Shown here piece after piece: positions 34,343 through 43,868 of a DNA stretch of 64,000 nucleotides (position 1 is the stretch's first letter; the number at the start of each line of letters is the position of its first letter). Both the position numbers and the translations under genes were made by a program. The stretch comes from Vicinamibacterales bacterium. GTDB lineage: Bacteria; Acidobacteriota; Vicinamibacteria; Vicinamibacterales; SCN-69-37. The DNA lies in the NCBI GenBank assembly GCA_040902895.1, contig JBBDWL010000047.1, forward strand, positions 12,815-76,814, written 5' to 3'. The notes beneath the pieces were generated by a model. It made no database searches. It saw only the letters and a list, made by a program, of their open reading frames with translations, and was not told the DNA's origin.

Positions 34343-35295
34343 CGCTCCCTCTCGATCGTAACCGGCGCGTCGAGGCGCACCGACAGCGGCGTGCCGGCGA
34401 CGAGCGTCGCCACAGAACGATCGCCTGCGACGACAGCCGCGGTGCCCGCGCCCGCCCCGGCTGCGCCGCCGAGAACTGCGCCTTTGCGTCCGCCCATGAT
34501 GCCGCCGATGATGGCGCCGCCCACGGCGCCGCCGCCGATCTTGGCCACGGATTGGCGGGCCGGCGAATCCCCCTCGCGGGCGATCGAATCCACGCGAACG
34601 GTCTCACGCGTTCCATCGGCGAGCACCAGTGTGTGGAATCGCACGCTCAGCCGCGCGCGCTCCTTGAACTTTCCGCCGCGGGTGACTTCGTTGACCGATC
34701 CCAGCACCTTCGTGCCGGCCGGAATCGCCACGTCGCCTTCGACGATGACGTCGCGCGTCACTGTGGCTTCGACGCGATCCTCGACTTCGGCGGTGTCGGA
34801 CGACAGCGTCGTGTTGAGGCGCACGCCGATGACCGCGTTGACGGGGATGGTGAGCTCGCGGAAGCGGACCGGGGGAGCCGCTGGTTCCACAGGTTCCACT
34901 CGTTCCTCGGGTTCCACAGGTTCGGTTCGCGGGTTCACGGGTTCGCGGTTCACGGGTTCGTGGTTCGCGCGTTCACCGTGCGCGGGTTCAGCCGCTGGCC
35001 GATCCTGCGCGTTTCGAGCGGATGCGATTGGCGTGCGGCTGGTGCGGACGGCGGGGACGCGACCGCCGATGAATGCGGGCGCGGGCGAGTCGGCTTCGCC
35101 CGCCGCGATTTCGGGCAGTGAGGATGCCGGCGGCAGCAGCGCTTCCGTCTCGGTCACGCCAGGCGCCGCAAGCGCCGTCTGAGCGCTCGCCTCCGCCGTC
35201 TTGCGTTCCGCGTCAACGGCAAGCCAGCCGGCGACCCCGGCCGTTCCGGTGATGACGAGCGCCGCGGCTGCGATATAGGAATTCTTCTTGTTCAT
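34339..35295 (-). CDS. Membrane-anchored hypothetical protein with EPV-rich repeats and a C-terminal glycine-zipper
   Basis: It has an N-terminal anchor (IAAAALVITGTAGVAGWLAV), the repeats HEPVNREPVNPRTEPVEPEERVEPVEP, and IGGGAVGGAIIGGIMGG. The start is trimmed to ATG 35295. Confidence 0.6.
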   Translation of the reverse strand: MNKKNSYIAAAALVITGTAGVAGWLAVDAERKTAEASAQTALAAPGVTETEALLPPASSLPEIAAGEADSPAPAFIGGRVPAVRTSRTPIASARNAQDRPAAEPAHGERANHEPVNREPVNPRTEPVEPEERVEPVEPAAPPVRFRELTIPVNAVIGVRLNTTLSSDTAEVEDRVEATVTRDVIVEGDVAIPAGTKVLGSVNEVTRGGKFKERARLSVRFHTLVLADGTRETVRVDSIAREGDSPARQSVAKIGGGAVGGAIIGGIMGGRKGAVLGGAAGAGAGTAAVVAGDRSVATLVAGTPLSVRLDAPVTIERER

Positions 35296-35457
35296 GGTTC
35301 TGTTCCGTGGCCGGTCACATCGCAAGCGACGTACCCGAAGAACCATCAAAAACAGGCCTGAAAACGCCGATTCCGATACGCGCACGACGTCTAATCAGGA
35401 CAACACCTGTCCTCTGCAGGCCGGTGTGCTATAACCGGCGCACCAGGAGTTTCCAGA

Positions 35458-38421
35458 ATGACACGCGCGTTTTCACTCAGGCCCGCCCAGGCGGCGGCTG
35501 CCGTCCTTTTTCTGATCGCCCTCGTCACCACGTCGGCGGCCCCGGCCGCGCGGCAACAGACGCGCTCGGCGCAGCGGATCGACGAAGCGTATACGAAGCT
35601 GATTCGTGAGCACTCGACGGAAAAGCGCGTGATGACCGAGCTCGTCGATCATCTGCCGGCGTCAGACTCGGTGCCGACGCCGCTCAAGTTTCTTGGCTAC
35701 GTGCCCGGCACGCCTGGCAAGCTGACGTATCACTCGGAGATCGTCCGGTATCTCGAGGCGCTCGACAAGGCGTCGGACCGTGTGACGCTGACGGTGATCG
35801 GCAAGAGCGACGAGGGGCGCGACATGGTGAGCGTCGCCATCGCCGACGAGGCCACCATCCGGAATCTCGAAAAGTACAAGCAGATCACCGCCGAGCTCGG
35901 CGATCCGCGGAAGATTTCAGACGAGCATGCGCGGCAGCTCGTCGCAGCGGGCAAGCCGATCTACTACGCGCTGGGCAGCATCCACTCGACCGAGTACGGC
36001 AGCCCCGAGATGCTGATGGAGCTCGCGTACCGCATGGCGGTCGGCGAGTCGCCGTTCATCCAGCAGATCCGCAACAACATCATCTTCGTGCTCACGCCGT
36101 CCACCGAAGTCGACGGACGCGAGCGCGCGGTCGACAACTTTCGCTTCCAGCAGGCGAATCCGGGCGAGCCCGCGCCGGGGATGGTCTATTGGGGCAAGTA
36201 CGTCGCGCACGACAACAACCGTGACGCGATGGGGCAGGGCCTGCGGCTCACGCAGGTCATGATGAAGACGTTTCTCGACTGGCATCCGACCGTGTGGCAC
36301 GACCTGCACGAGTCGGTCACCCTGCTGTACACCTCCACCGGCACCGGTCCCTACAACCCCATCGTCGACGCCATTCAGGTCGACGAGTGGTGGCTGCTGG
36401 CGAAGACCGAGATCATGGAGATGACCAAGCGCGGCGTGCCCGGCGTGTGGACCTACAACTTCTATGACGGCTGGGTGCCGAACTACCTGTTCTGGATCGC
36501 CAACACGCACAACTCGATCGGCCGCTTCTATGAGACGCAGAGCTATCGCGGCGTGAACTATGCGCTCGGCGCGGCGCAGAGCCGCGAATGGTACCGGCCG
36601 AATCCGACGCCGGCCGGCGTGCAATGGGGACCCCGCAGCAACATCAACATGCAGCAGTCCGCGATTCTGCTCGCGATGAATCACGTCGCGAAGAACAAAG
36701 AGACGTACCTCGACAACTATTACGTGAAGAGCAAGCGGGCGATCGCCCGCGGCAACGAAGGCACGGACGTGCCGAACGCGTACGTGATTCCGGCCGCGCA
36801 GCACACGGCGGCGCACGCGGCGGATCTCGTGAACCTGGTGCGCGTGCAGGGCGGCGAAGTGCATCGCGCGACGGCGGCGTTCAAGGCGGGCGGCGTGGAC
36901 GTTGCGGCGGGCGACTACATCCTGCGCATGGATCAGCCGTACGGCCCGCTGGTCGAGACGATCATGGGCGTGCAGTGGTATCCGCCCGACAACCCGCGTC
37001 CCTACGACGATCTCGGCTGGACGTTCCCGTACCTGCGCAATGTCAAGCACGACGTCATTCGCGACAAGGCCATTCTCACGCAGCCGATGACGCTGATGGC
37101 GGCCGACGCGAAGCTGGCCGGCGGCGCGTCGGGCACGGGCCGCACACTTGTCATCAACCACACGACCGACAACAATCTGGCGACCTTCCGCTTCATGCAT
37201 CCGAACGTGAAGATGCTGGCGGGCGAGAAGGAATTCGAGGCGGGCGGCAAACGGTTCGTCGCGGGCTCGTTCATCATTCCGGATGCGGATCGTGCGGCGC
37301 TCGACAAGTCGCTGACGGCGCTGGGCATCACGGCTGTGGCCGTCGATGCGGTCCCCACCGTGGCGACGCACGATCTCGACGTGCCGCGCGTCGGCTACAT
37401 CCACACCTGGACGAACACCCAGGATGAAGGCTGGGTGCGCCTCGCGTTCGATCACTACAAGATTCCGTACACGTACTTCGCCGACAACACGATTCGCGCC
37501 GGCGCGAACCTCAAGTCGAAGTACGACGTGATCATCTTCCCGCACACGAGCGGCAGCGCCGCGTCGATCCTCACGGGACGGCAGGGCCCGACGCCGGTCC
37601 CATACAAGAAGAGCAGCGTGACGCCGAACATGGGCGGCGTCGACGAGACCGATGACATGCGGGGCGGACTCACGCGCGACGGGTTGCGCGAGCTGGAGAG
37701 GTTCGTCGCCGAGGGCGGCGTGCTGATCACCGAAGGCGTCACGTCGACCTTGTTCCCCGAGTACCGCCTCACCGAAGGCGTGACGATCGAGCAGGCGAGC
37801 GGCCTGTGGGTACCCGGCTCGGTGCTCAAGGCGAACATCGCCGACAGGTCGAGCCCGCTTGCGTATGGCTACAACCAGAACTCGATCGGCGTGTACTTCG
37901 ACTCGTCGCCCGTGATGCGCGTCGGCAACGCCGGCTTCGGCGGCGGACGCGGCCGCGCGGGCGGTCCGGATCTCGGCCAGCCGAACCAGCAGCCGAACGC
38001 GGCGGCCCCGCGCCTGACAACGCTCGAGGGGGGGACGGCGCCGACGCCTGCCGGCGCGCGTGCCGGTGCCGGCGGCGGCGGACGCGGTGCCGGTCAAGGA
38101 CGCGGCGGCGGCGGACGCGGCGGCGCGCCGAGCACTTCGGCAACGGCATCAGGGCCGCGCGTCATCCTGCAGTTTCCTGACGATGCAGACGATCTGCTGT
38201 TGTCGGGCGGCATGGTTGGCGGCGAAGCGCTCACCGGCCGCGCGGTGCTGGTGGATGCGCCGCTCGGCAAAGGCCATGTCGTGATGTTCGCCACGCGCCC
38301 CTACTGGCGCTGGCAGACGCACGGCCTGTTCTTCCTCGGCTTCAACGCGATTCTGAACTGGAACGATCTCGACGCCGGCCGTCCAAAGCCGACAACTCCG
38401 ACGAACCAGGGCGGCCAGTAA
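35458..38421 (+). CDS. Large secreted M14-family metallocarboxypeptidase-like protein
   Basis: It has a signal peptide and the M14-type region IHSTEYGSPEMLMELAYRM. An RGG/Gly-rich low-complexity segment lies near residue 840. Confidence 0.7.
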   Translation: MTRAFSLRPAQAAAAVLFLIALVTTSAAPAARQQTRSAQRIDEAYTKLIREHSTEKRVMTELVDHLPASDSVPTPLKFLGYVPGTPGKLTYHSEIVRYLEALDKASDRVTLTVIGKSDEGRDMVSVAIADEATIRNLEKYKQITAELGDPRKISDEHARQLVAAGKPIYYALGSIHSTEYGSPEMLMELAYRMAVGESPFIQQIRNNIIFVLTPSTEVDGRERAVDNFRFQQANPGEPAPGMVYWGKYVAHDNNRDAMGQGLRLTQVMMKTFLDWHPTVWHDLHESVTLLYTSTGTGPYNPIVDAIQVDEWWLLAKTEIMEMTKRGVPGVWTYNFYDGWVPNYLFWIANTHNSIGRFYETQSYRGVNYALGAAQSREWYRPNPTPAGVQWGPRSNINMQQSAILLAMNHVAKNKETYLDNYYVKSKRAIARGNEGTDVPNAYVIPAAQHTAAHAADLVNLVRVQGGEVHRATAAFKAGGVDVAAGDYILRMDQPYGPLVETIMGVQWYPPDNPRPYDDLGWTFPYLRNVKHDVIRDKAILTQPMTLMAADAKLAGGASGTGRTLVINHTTDNNLATFRFMHPNVKMLAGEKEFEAGGKRFVAGSFIIPDADRAALDKSLTALGITAVAVDAVPTVATHDLDVPRVGYIHTWTNTQDEGWVRLAFDHYKIPYTYFADNTIRAGANLKSKYDVIIFPHTSGSAASILTGRQGPTPVPYKKSSVTPNMGGVDETDDMRGGLTRDGLRELERFVAEGGVLITEGVTSTLFPEYRLTEGVTIEQASGLWVPGSVLKANIADRSSPLAYGYNQNSIGVYFDSSPVMRVGNAGFGGGRGRAGGPDLGQPNQQPNAAAPRLTTLEGGTAPTPAGARAGAGGGGRGAGQGRGGGGRGGAPSTSATASGPRVILQFPDDADDLLLSGGMVGGEALTGRAVLVDAPLGKGHVVMFATRPYWRWQTHGLFFLGFNAILNWNDLDAGRPKPTTPTNQGGQ

Positions 38422-38425
38422 AAAT

Positions 38426-38472
38426 GGGGACGGGTCTGAATTATTCAGAATGAATAATTCAGACCCGTCCCC
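38426..38472. terminator. Family-B hairpin copy 3: 22-bp perfect stem
   Basis: GGGGACGGGTCTGAATTATTCA-gaa-TGAATAATTCAGACCCGTCCCC is flanked by AAAAT and ATTT. It lies between the stop at 38421 and the ATG at 38477. Confidence 0.7.
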
Positions 38473-38476
38473 ATTT

Positions 38477-39610
38477 ATGCAAATCGGCATCATCGGCGCC
38501 GGCATCATCGGGTGCGCCATCGCCCACGAGCTTGCGTCACGCGGCGCGAAGGTCACGGTTTTCGAGCGGCGAGGCGTGGCGCGCGGCGCGAGCTGGGCGT
38601 CCGCGGGGGTCCTGGCGCCGTGGATAGAGGCGGGCCATGCGAGGAAGCGGAGTGGGGTGTCTGGGGCCCCACGAGCGACCGAGCCAGGCGGGGTGCAGGG
38701 GGCCCCGCCGACGGAAGAAGATCCGCTGCTCGAAATGTGCGCCCGCAGCCTCGCGCTCTACGATGACTTCGTCGACCGCGTGCGCGCCGATGGCGGCGCG
38801 GCCTTCGACTATGCGCGCGCCGGCACACTGGAAGCGGCCTTTACGGAAGATCAGGCCGCCGCGCTGCGGCGCACCGCGCAAGCGCTCGCGTCACACGGCG
38901 TCCGCGCGGCGTGGCTCGATCGACACGATGCGCGCGCGCTGGAGCCCGCCCTTGGTGGCGGCGTTCTAGGCGGCCTGCGCATCGATGAGCATGGCTTCGT
39001 CGAGATGCCCGGCCTCGTCGACGCGGTCTCGGTCGCCGCGCGCATGCGAGGCGCCGCCTTTCATTCGCCTGTCGACATCACGAAAATCGAGCCCGCGCCC
39101 GCCGGGAAGGTACGCATCCACGCGGCCGGCACCACTCACACCTTCGATCACCTCGTCATTGCTGCCGGAAGTTGGGCGAACCGGCTGAAGGCGGGTGGGC
39201 CGTCAATCAGGCCCGTCAAAGGCCAACTCGTCAGGCTGAAATTCGACGCGGCCCCTGCCACGCGCGTCCTTTGGTCCGAAGGCTGCTATATGGTTCCCTG
39301 GCGCGACGGAACGCTGCTGGTGGGCGCGACCGTCGAGGACGCAGGATATGACGAGCGCCCAACGGCAGCGGCGGTGACGTCGCTGCTGGATGCCGCGGCG
39401 GCGCTGCTGCCGGCCACGCGAGACGCGGGATTCGTCGACGTTCGCGCGGGCCTTCGGCCGGCTCCGGCCGACGGCGGCGGGCTGCCGCACATCGGTGCCG
39501 CTCCGGCGCTCGCGAACGTGACGATCGCGACGGGACATTTCCGCAACGGCGTGCTGCTCGCGCCATTGACGGCAAAGCTCGTCGCGGATCAGCTCATTCC
39601 CGCCAGGTAA
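38477..39610 (+). CDS. FAD-dependent oxidoreductase, glycine oxidase (ThiO)/DAO family, carrying an in-frame family-A repeat
   Basis: MQIGIIGAGIIGCAIAHELA is the dinucleotide-binding motif. The start is trimmed to 38477 because the listed upstream codons are the hairpin. The insert is RKRSGVSGAPRATEPGGVQGAPP. Confidence 0.8.
   Translation: MQIGIIGAGIIGCAIAHELASRGAKVTVFERRGVARGASWASAGVLAPWIEAGHARKRSGVSGAPRATEPGGVQGAPPTEEDPLLEMCARSLALYDDFVDRVRADGGAAFDYARAGTLEAAFTEDQAAALRRTAQALASHGVRAAWLDRHDARALEPALGGGVLGGLRIDEHGFVEMPGLVDAVSVAARMRGAAFHSPVDITKIEPAPAGKVRIHAAGTTHTFDHLVIAAGSWANRLKAGGPSIRPVKGQLVRLKFDAAPATRVLWSEGCYMVPWRDGTLLVGATVEDAGYDERPTAAAVTSLLDAAAALLPATRDAGFVDVRAGLRPAPADGGGLPHIGAAPALANVTIATGHFRNGVLLAPLTAKLVADQLIPAR
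38647..38710 (-). repeat. Family-A GC-rich double-hairpin repeat, copy 3 (inverted; inside the ThiO-like gene)
   Basis: The reverse complement reads GGCGGGG-ccccctgca-CCCCGCC tggctcggtcgctc GTGGGG-ccccagaca-CCCCAC. The second stem carries a compensatory C:G to T:A change relative to copies 1 and 2. Confidence 0.85.
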
Positions 39611-39740
39611 TCCGGCGAAGCGATAGGAAGCGACCGCAGCTGAACAGCATCAATCAATTGGAAGAAGGCGGTGGTGGAGGCCTCCATCGCTGAAGGCTCC
39701 AACCTTCGCGACATCCTATTCGAAGCGGTATGCTGTCGCC

Positions 39741-40052
39741 ATGCCGAAACTCACGGACGACCAGATCAACGCCCGGCTGCCAAAACTCAAGGGCTGGACC
39801 CGCGAGGGAGACGCGCTCACGCGCACGTTTGCCTTCCGCTCCTACGCCGATGCGGTGGCGTTCGTCGTGCGGGTCGCGTTCGAAGCCGAGGCCAACGATC
39901 ATCACCCCGACGTCTCGTGGAGCTTCCGCAAGGTCACGCTCAACTGGTCGACGCACAGCGACGGCGGCATCACCGAGAAGGACTTCGACGGCGCGGCGGC
40001 ATCCGAGCGCATCGCCTCGTCGACGCCGCAGTCGACCGCCGCGAAGTCATAA
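39741..40052 (+). CDS. phhB: Pterin-4-alpha-carbinolamine dehydratase (PCD/DCoH)
   Basis: L..W........L.RTFAFRSYADAVAFVVRVAFEAEANDHHPD is the PCD signature. Confidence 0.85.
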   Translation: MPKLTDDQINARLPKLKGWTREGDALTRTFAFRSYADAVAFVVRVAFEAEANDHHPDVSWSFRKVTLNWSTHSDGGITEKDFDGAAASERIASSTPQSTAAKS

Positions 40053-40060
40053 GCGCGCCG

Positions 40061-40540
40061 ATGCAGCTGAAGGGCAGCTACAGCGCGCGCGAAGTCTCGG
40101 CCTTCACGGGGCTCTCGGCGCGGCAACTTCAGTGGTGGGACCATCACGGCGTCTTTCCGCCCGCCGTCGCGCCGAAGCGCACCGCCGCCGGCGGTTTCAC
40201 CGAGCGCCGCTACTCGCCCCTCGACACGCTCGATCTGCTCGTCCTCGCGGAGCTCCGGCGCCGCAAATACTCGGTCGACGACATCCGCCGCATCATCCAG
40301 GTGCTGCGCACCCGCTTCGGCGCGCGCCCGCACGAAACGCTCGAGCACAGCGGCCGCATGACGCTGCTGACTGATGGCCGCGAGATCTTCGTCCGCGTCG
40401 GTGGTCGTTATTTCAATCTGTTGAGGGATCCCGAGCAGCCGCTCCTCGTCGGAGAGGAGCGGCTCAAGGGCATCAAGGTGAGAAAGCGATCTAGTCGATT
40501 GGGAAAACGTCTTCCACGCCTTCCCCCGGCCGTGGAATGA
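40061..40540 (+). CDS. MerR-family transcriptional regulator
   Basis: [25 protein letters not shown] is a MerR-type HTH. The start is trimmed to ATG 40061. The 3' end overlaps the convergent BMC gene by 50 bp. Confidence 0.7.
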   Translation: MQLKGSYSAREVSAFTGLSARQLQWWDHHGVFPPAVAPKRTAAGGFTERRYSPLDTLDLLVLAELRRRKYSVDDIRRIIQVLRTRFGARPHETLEHSGRMTLLTDGREIFVRVGGRYFNLLRDPEQPLLVGEERLKGIKVRKRSSRLGKRLPRLPPAVE

Positions 40541-40781
40541 CGTGCACGCCGACCAGCTGACCGACTTTGCGCGCGGCGGCGGCGCCCGCATCGGTCGCCG
40601 CCTTCACTGACGCGGTGTCGCCGCGCACAATCGCAGTGACCATGCCGGCATCCACTTTCTGCCAGCCCACGAAGTCGACGTTCGCGGCCTTCACCATCGC
40701 ATCGGCCGCTTCAATCATCCCGACGAGGCCGATCGTTTCGACCATGCCGAGCGCGTCGCCGTCGTGCTTCTTTGGCGCCAC
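40491..40781 (-). CDS. Bacterial microcompartment shell protein, BMC-H (Pfam00936-type) domain
   Basis: [85 protein letters not shown] matches the PduA/EutM/CcmK consensus almost end to end. The GTG start lies 2 nt after the upstream stop. Confidence 0.85.
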   Translation of the reverse strand: MAPKKHDGDALGMVETIGLVGMIEAADAMVKAANVDFVGWQKVDAGMVTAIVRGDTASVKAATDAGAAAARKVGQLVGVHVIPRPGEGVEDVFPID

Positions 40782-40783
40782 CG

Positions 40784-41482
40784 TTACTTCTTTCCGAATC
40801 CGCTGACGACCACGTCGAGATTGTGGCTCGCGCGAAGACCGTAGATGCCGTCGGTCGACGCGAGCTTGCCCTCGCCGATGAGCGCGGCCTTGTCGAACGA
40901 GGCGACGACCTGGCCGTTGATCGAACAGGAGGCCGTGCCGTCCTTGACGGTCCACGCGATCGTCTGCGTGACGCCATCCGCGCCGGCCTTGTTGACGGCT
41001 TCGTGCGCCGCGGGGCGAGTCCGACCGCCCGGGGTCGCGGGCGCGGGCGAATAGTTGACGACCTGGCCGCCGCTGAAGCCGCGCACCAGGTACGTGCCGT
41101 TGCTGTACGCGATGCAGTAGACCAGATTCGGCGCGTCGGTCTCGAGATCCTTGCCCCCGATGAAGATGCCGTATGGATGCGGGTGGCCCGCATCGGGCTT
41201 GGCTTCCTTGAACGTGGCGCTGACCGTGTAGTCGCCCGACGCCTTGTGGGCATCGTTCCAGTAGAACGCGGCGGGGCCGACCGTCAGATGCAGATCGTCG
41301 CCCGACTTCGCGAACTTCGAGTCGTTGATCGTCAGGCCCTTCTTCACGGCCCCTGCGTCGATCTTGCCCTTCCATCCGTCGACGGCAATGCCGCCGCCGG
41401 CCACCTTGCGGTCGGCGTCCTGGGCCAGGGCCAGCCCCGGCACCGCGAGAGCAATAGCGAGTGCGAGAGAAATCCTCTTCAT
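40784..41482 (-). CDS. Secreted hypothetical protein
   Basis: It has a signal peptide ([16 protein letters not shown]). It is probably a beta-rich lectin/jelly-roll-like protein; no firm family is assigned. Confidence 0.6.
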   Translation of the reverse strand: MKRISLALAIALAVPGLALAQDADRKVAGGGIAVDGWKGKIDAGAVKKGLTINDSKFAKSGDDLHLTVGPAAFYWNDAHKASGDYTVSATFKEAKPDAGHPHPYGIFIGGKDLETDAPNLVYCIAYSNGTYLVRGFSGGQVVNYSPAPATPGGRTRPAAHEAVNKAGADGVTQTIAWTVKDGTASCSINGQVVASFDKAALIGEGKLASTDGIYGLRASHNLDVVVSGFGKK

Positions 41483-41492
41483 AGTGCGAATC

Positions 41493-42617
41493 CTACAGGA
41501 TCCGGCCCCGGGCGGCTACCCGCGGGCTATCCAGCACGCTGTCGCCGTCGACGATGTGCACGGCGTCGACAAGGTTGGAGACCACGCACGCATGATTGGG
41601 GATGACCCGCACGCGGTCGCCAATGCTCAGCGCCGGCGCGCCGTCGGCGACCTTCACGATGGCGTGCTCCTCCGAAAGCCGCTCGATTGAAAACCCGTCG
41701 TGCGGCTGCAGCTCAGCGTCAGCCGACGGCGACAGCATGCCGTGGCCGGCGAGCGGCGCGAAACCGCGCGCGCCGTCGTTGGTGAGCGTCTTGCTGCCGG
41801 CGTCGAGAATGATCCGGCCGGGATGCTTTGCCACGACGGTCGACAGCACGGTCAGCGCGCAATCGTCAACCGTGGCCGCGCCAAGGCCCACCTGCGTCCG
41901 ATCAAAATAGACGTAGTTGCCCGGCCGCATCTCGGTCGGTCCCTTGTGTTTGAGCGAGAACCGCGCGGTTGGCGTCGCGCCAACGCTGATTTCTTCGATG
42001 TCGACGCCCTTGTTCCGCATGTGGGCGGCCAGGCGCGTCATCGCGTTGACCTCCTCTTCGGCGATCAGCTTCAGCGCCGTGTCGGAGCCGGCATGATAGC
42101 CGTGCCCGGCATGGCTCAGGATGCCGCACAGTTTGAGTCCCGGCAGCGTGTGCACGAGTGAAATCAGGTGCGGCGCCTCTGGCGACACCGGGTCGACGCC
42201 GCAGCGATGGAAGCCGACGTCGACTTTCACCAGGACGCCCAGCGTCCGCCCGGCACCCGCCATCACTTCCGCCCACGCCGTCGCCACATCCGCATCGTCG
42301 ACGATGATCGACAGGCGCGTGCGATCCATCAGGGCGAAAATCTGGTCGCGTTTCGATGGATGAACGGGATAGGGAATGCGGATGTCTTCGATGCCGGCCT
42401 CCGCGAACACCATCGCTTCGGATGGCTTCGCGCAGCAGATGCCGACGGCGCCGCGGTCGATCTGCTGCTTCGCGAGCGACGGCAGCTTGTGGGTCTTGGC
42501 GTGGGGACGAAGCAGAAATCCGGCGGCGTCGGCGGCGCGCTGCATCGTGTCGATGTTGCGGCCGACGCGGCCGGATTCAATGATGACCGCGGGGGTCTGG
42601 AGCTCGCTCAGCGTCAC
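41493..42617 (-). CDS. PLP-dependent alanine-racemase-fold enzyme (D-threonine aldolase / D-serine dehydratase DSD1-like)
   Basis: LRPHAKTHK carries the PLP lysine. The length and C-terminal beta-domain are typical. Confidence 0.75.
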   Translation of the reverse strand: MTLSELQTPAVIIESGRVGRNIDTMQRAADAAGFLLRPHAKTHKLPSLAKQQIDRGAVGICCAKPSEAMVFAEAGIEDIRIPYPVHPSKRDQIFALMDRTRLSIIVDDADVATAWAEVMAGAGRTLGVLVKVDVGFHRCGVDPVSPEAPHLISLVHTLPGLKLCGILSHAGHGYHAGSDTALKLIAEEEVNAMTRLAAHMRNKGVDIEEISVGATPTARFSLKHKGPTEMRPGNYVYFDRTQVGLGAATVDDCALTVLSTVVAKHPGRIILDAGSKTLTNDGARGFAPLAGHGMLSPSADAELQPHDGFSIERLSEEHAIVKVADGAPALSIGDRVRVIPNHACVVSNLVDAVHIVDGDSVLDSPRVAARGRIL

Positions 42618-42626
42618 GCGTCAACG

Positions 42627-43862
42627 TTAGCTCATAAACCCCGCGAATCTGCGTGGATCGATCGTGTAGCCCGGGAAGACCTGCGACGCGTCGCGCAGCT
42701 CCAGATGCCGCATGACCACCTCCGCGAAGACATCGCGGAAGTCGGTCGTGATGGCGAGGTCGCGGCCGTGCCAGCGCTGTTCGACGGCGAGACCGGGCCA
42801 CTTGCCATAGACTTTTCGGCCTTTGACGCCCGCGCCGAGGGCGATCATCGCGTTGCCATGCCCATGGTCCGTGCCGCGGTTGCCGTTCTCGGCCACCGTG
42901 CGCCCGAACTCCGACATCGTCAGGATGACCACGTCGCGCATGGCTTCGCCAAGGTCGGTGGCGAGCGCCGCGAGGCCGCGCGCGAAGTCGTCGAGACGGT
43001 TCGCGATCAGGCCGGTTGCCGCGCCTTCGTTGGCGTGATGGTCCCAGTTGCCCGATTCCGCGAAGGCGATCTCGAGACCGACATTCGCCTTGATCAGCTG
43101 CGCGATCTGCCGCAGTGATTCGCCGTAGGGCGACCGCGGATACTCTGCGCCATTGGCCGGCGTGTAGCGCCTGGGATCGACATTCTTCAGCGCGCGCACG
43201 GCGTCGAAGGCGTCTTTGCTCGTGCGATTGAGCACCTTGTCGGCGGCCGCGGCGTACTCGGCTTCAAACGACGCCTGCACGTTCTCGGTGGCCTCACCGG
43301 CCCTGATGCCGAACTGATCGAGGCGCGCGATCGCGAGCGCCGGCGCATCGCCCTGCAGCGTGCGCGGCAGCTGCGGCGCGAGCGCGACGGCGCGGAACGG
43401 CGTCGCCTTCTGATGTTCCTTCGCGTGCAGATAGCGATTCAGCCATCCGTCGGACGTGCTCTTGACGCCCGGCGTGCCGCTCTCCATGTAGTCCTGCGCG
43501 TCGAAGTGCGATCGCGTGATGTCGTGCGAGCCGGTCGCATGCACGATCGCCAGATCGCCGCGATCCCAGAACGGCTTCAGGGCGGCCATGCGCGGATGCA
43601 GGCCGAAGAACCCGTCGAGATCGATCGCGCTCTCCGGACGTCCGGGGCGCGCGATCGCGATGCTGGGCCGCGCGGCGTAGTAGCCGGCGTCACCGTAGGG
43701 CACCACCATGTTCAAACCGTCGACCGCGCCGCGCTGAAAGAGCGCGATGAGCACCTTCTGGCGATCGGCCGCCCACGCAGTGCGCGCCAGAAATGTCGGC
43801 GCGAATCCCAGGCTCACGAGCGCCATGCCGCCGTTCTTGAGGAATATGCGTCTGTCGATCAT
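42627..43862 (-). CDS. DUF1501 domain protein (sulfatase-fold) with a Tat signal
   Basis: MIDRRIFLKNGGMALVSLG plus MSEFGRTVAENGNRGTDHGHGN. Confidence 0.85.
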   Translation of the reverse strand: MIDRRIFLKNGGMALVSLGFAPTFLARTAWAADRQKVLIALFQRGAVDGLNMVVPYGDAGYYAARPSIAIARPGRPESAIDLDGFFGLHPRMAALKPFWDRGDLAIVHATGSHDITRSHFDAQDYMESGTPGVKSTSDGWLNRYLHAKEHQKATPFRAVALAPQLPRTLQGDAPALAIARLDQFGIRAGEATENVQASFEAEYAAAADKVLNRTSKDAFDAVRALKNVDPRRYTPANGAEYPRSPYGESLRQIAQLIKANVGLEIAFAESGNWDHHANEGAATGLIANRLDDFARGLAALATDLGEAMRDVVILTMSEFGRTVAENGNRGTDHGHGNAMIALGAGVKGRKVYGKWPGLAVEQRWHGRDLAITTDFRDVFAEVVMRHLELRDASQVFPGYTIDPRRFAGFMS

Positions 43863-43868
43863 GGTGTC

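Noticed and set aside
34850-34990. A tandem ~12-nt repeat (GGTTCACGGGTTCGC-like) that looks like a minisatellite.
   Set aside because: It lies in frame in the 34339..35295 gene and encodes an EPV(N/E)-rich low-complexity linker. It is a coding repeat, not a separate element or CRISPR.
37930-38160. A very G-rich stretch encoding RGG/GGG repeats near the 3' end of the M14-like gene.
   Set aside because: It is a low-complexity, in-frame, probably disordered linker. It has no similarity to repeat families A-C.
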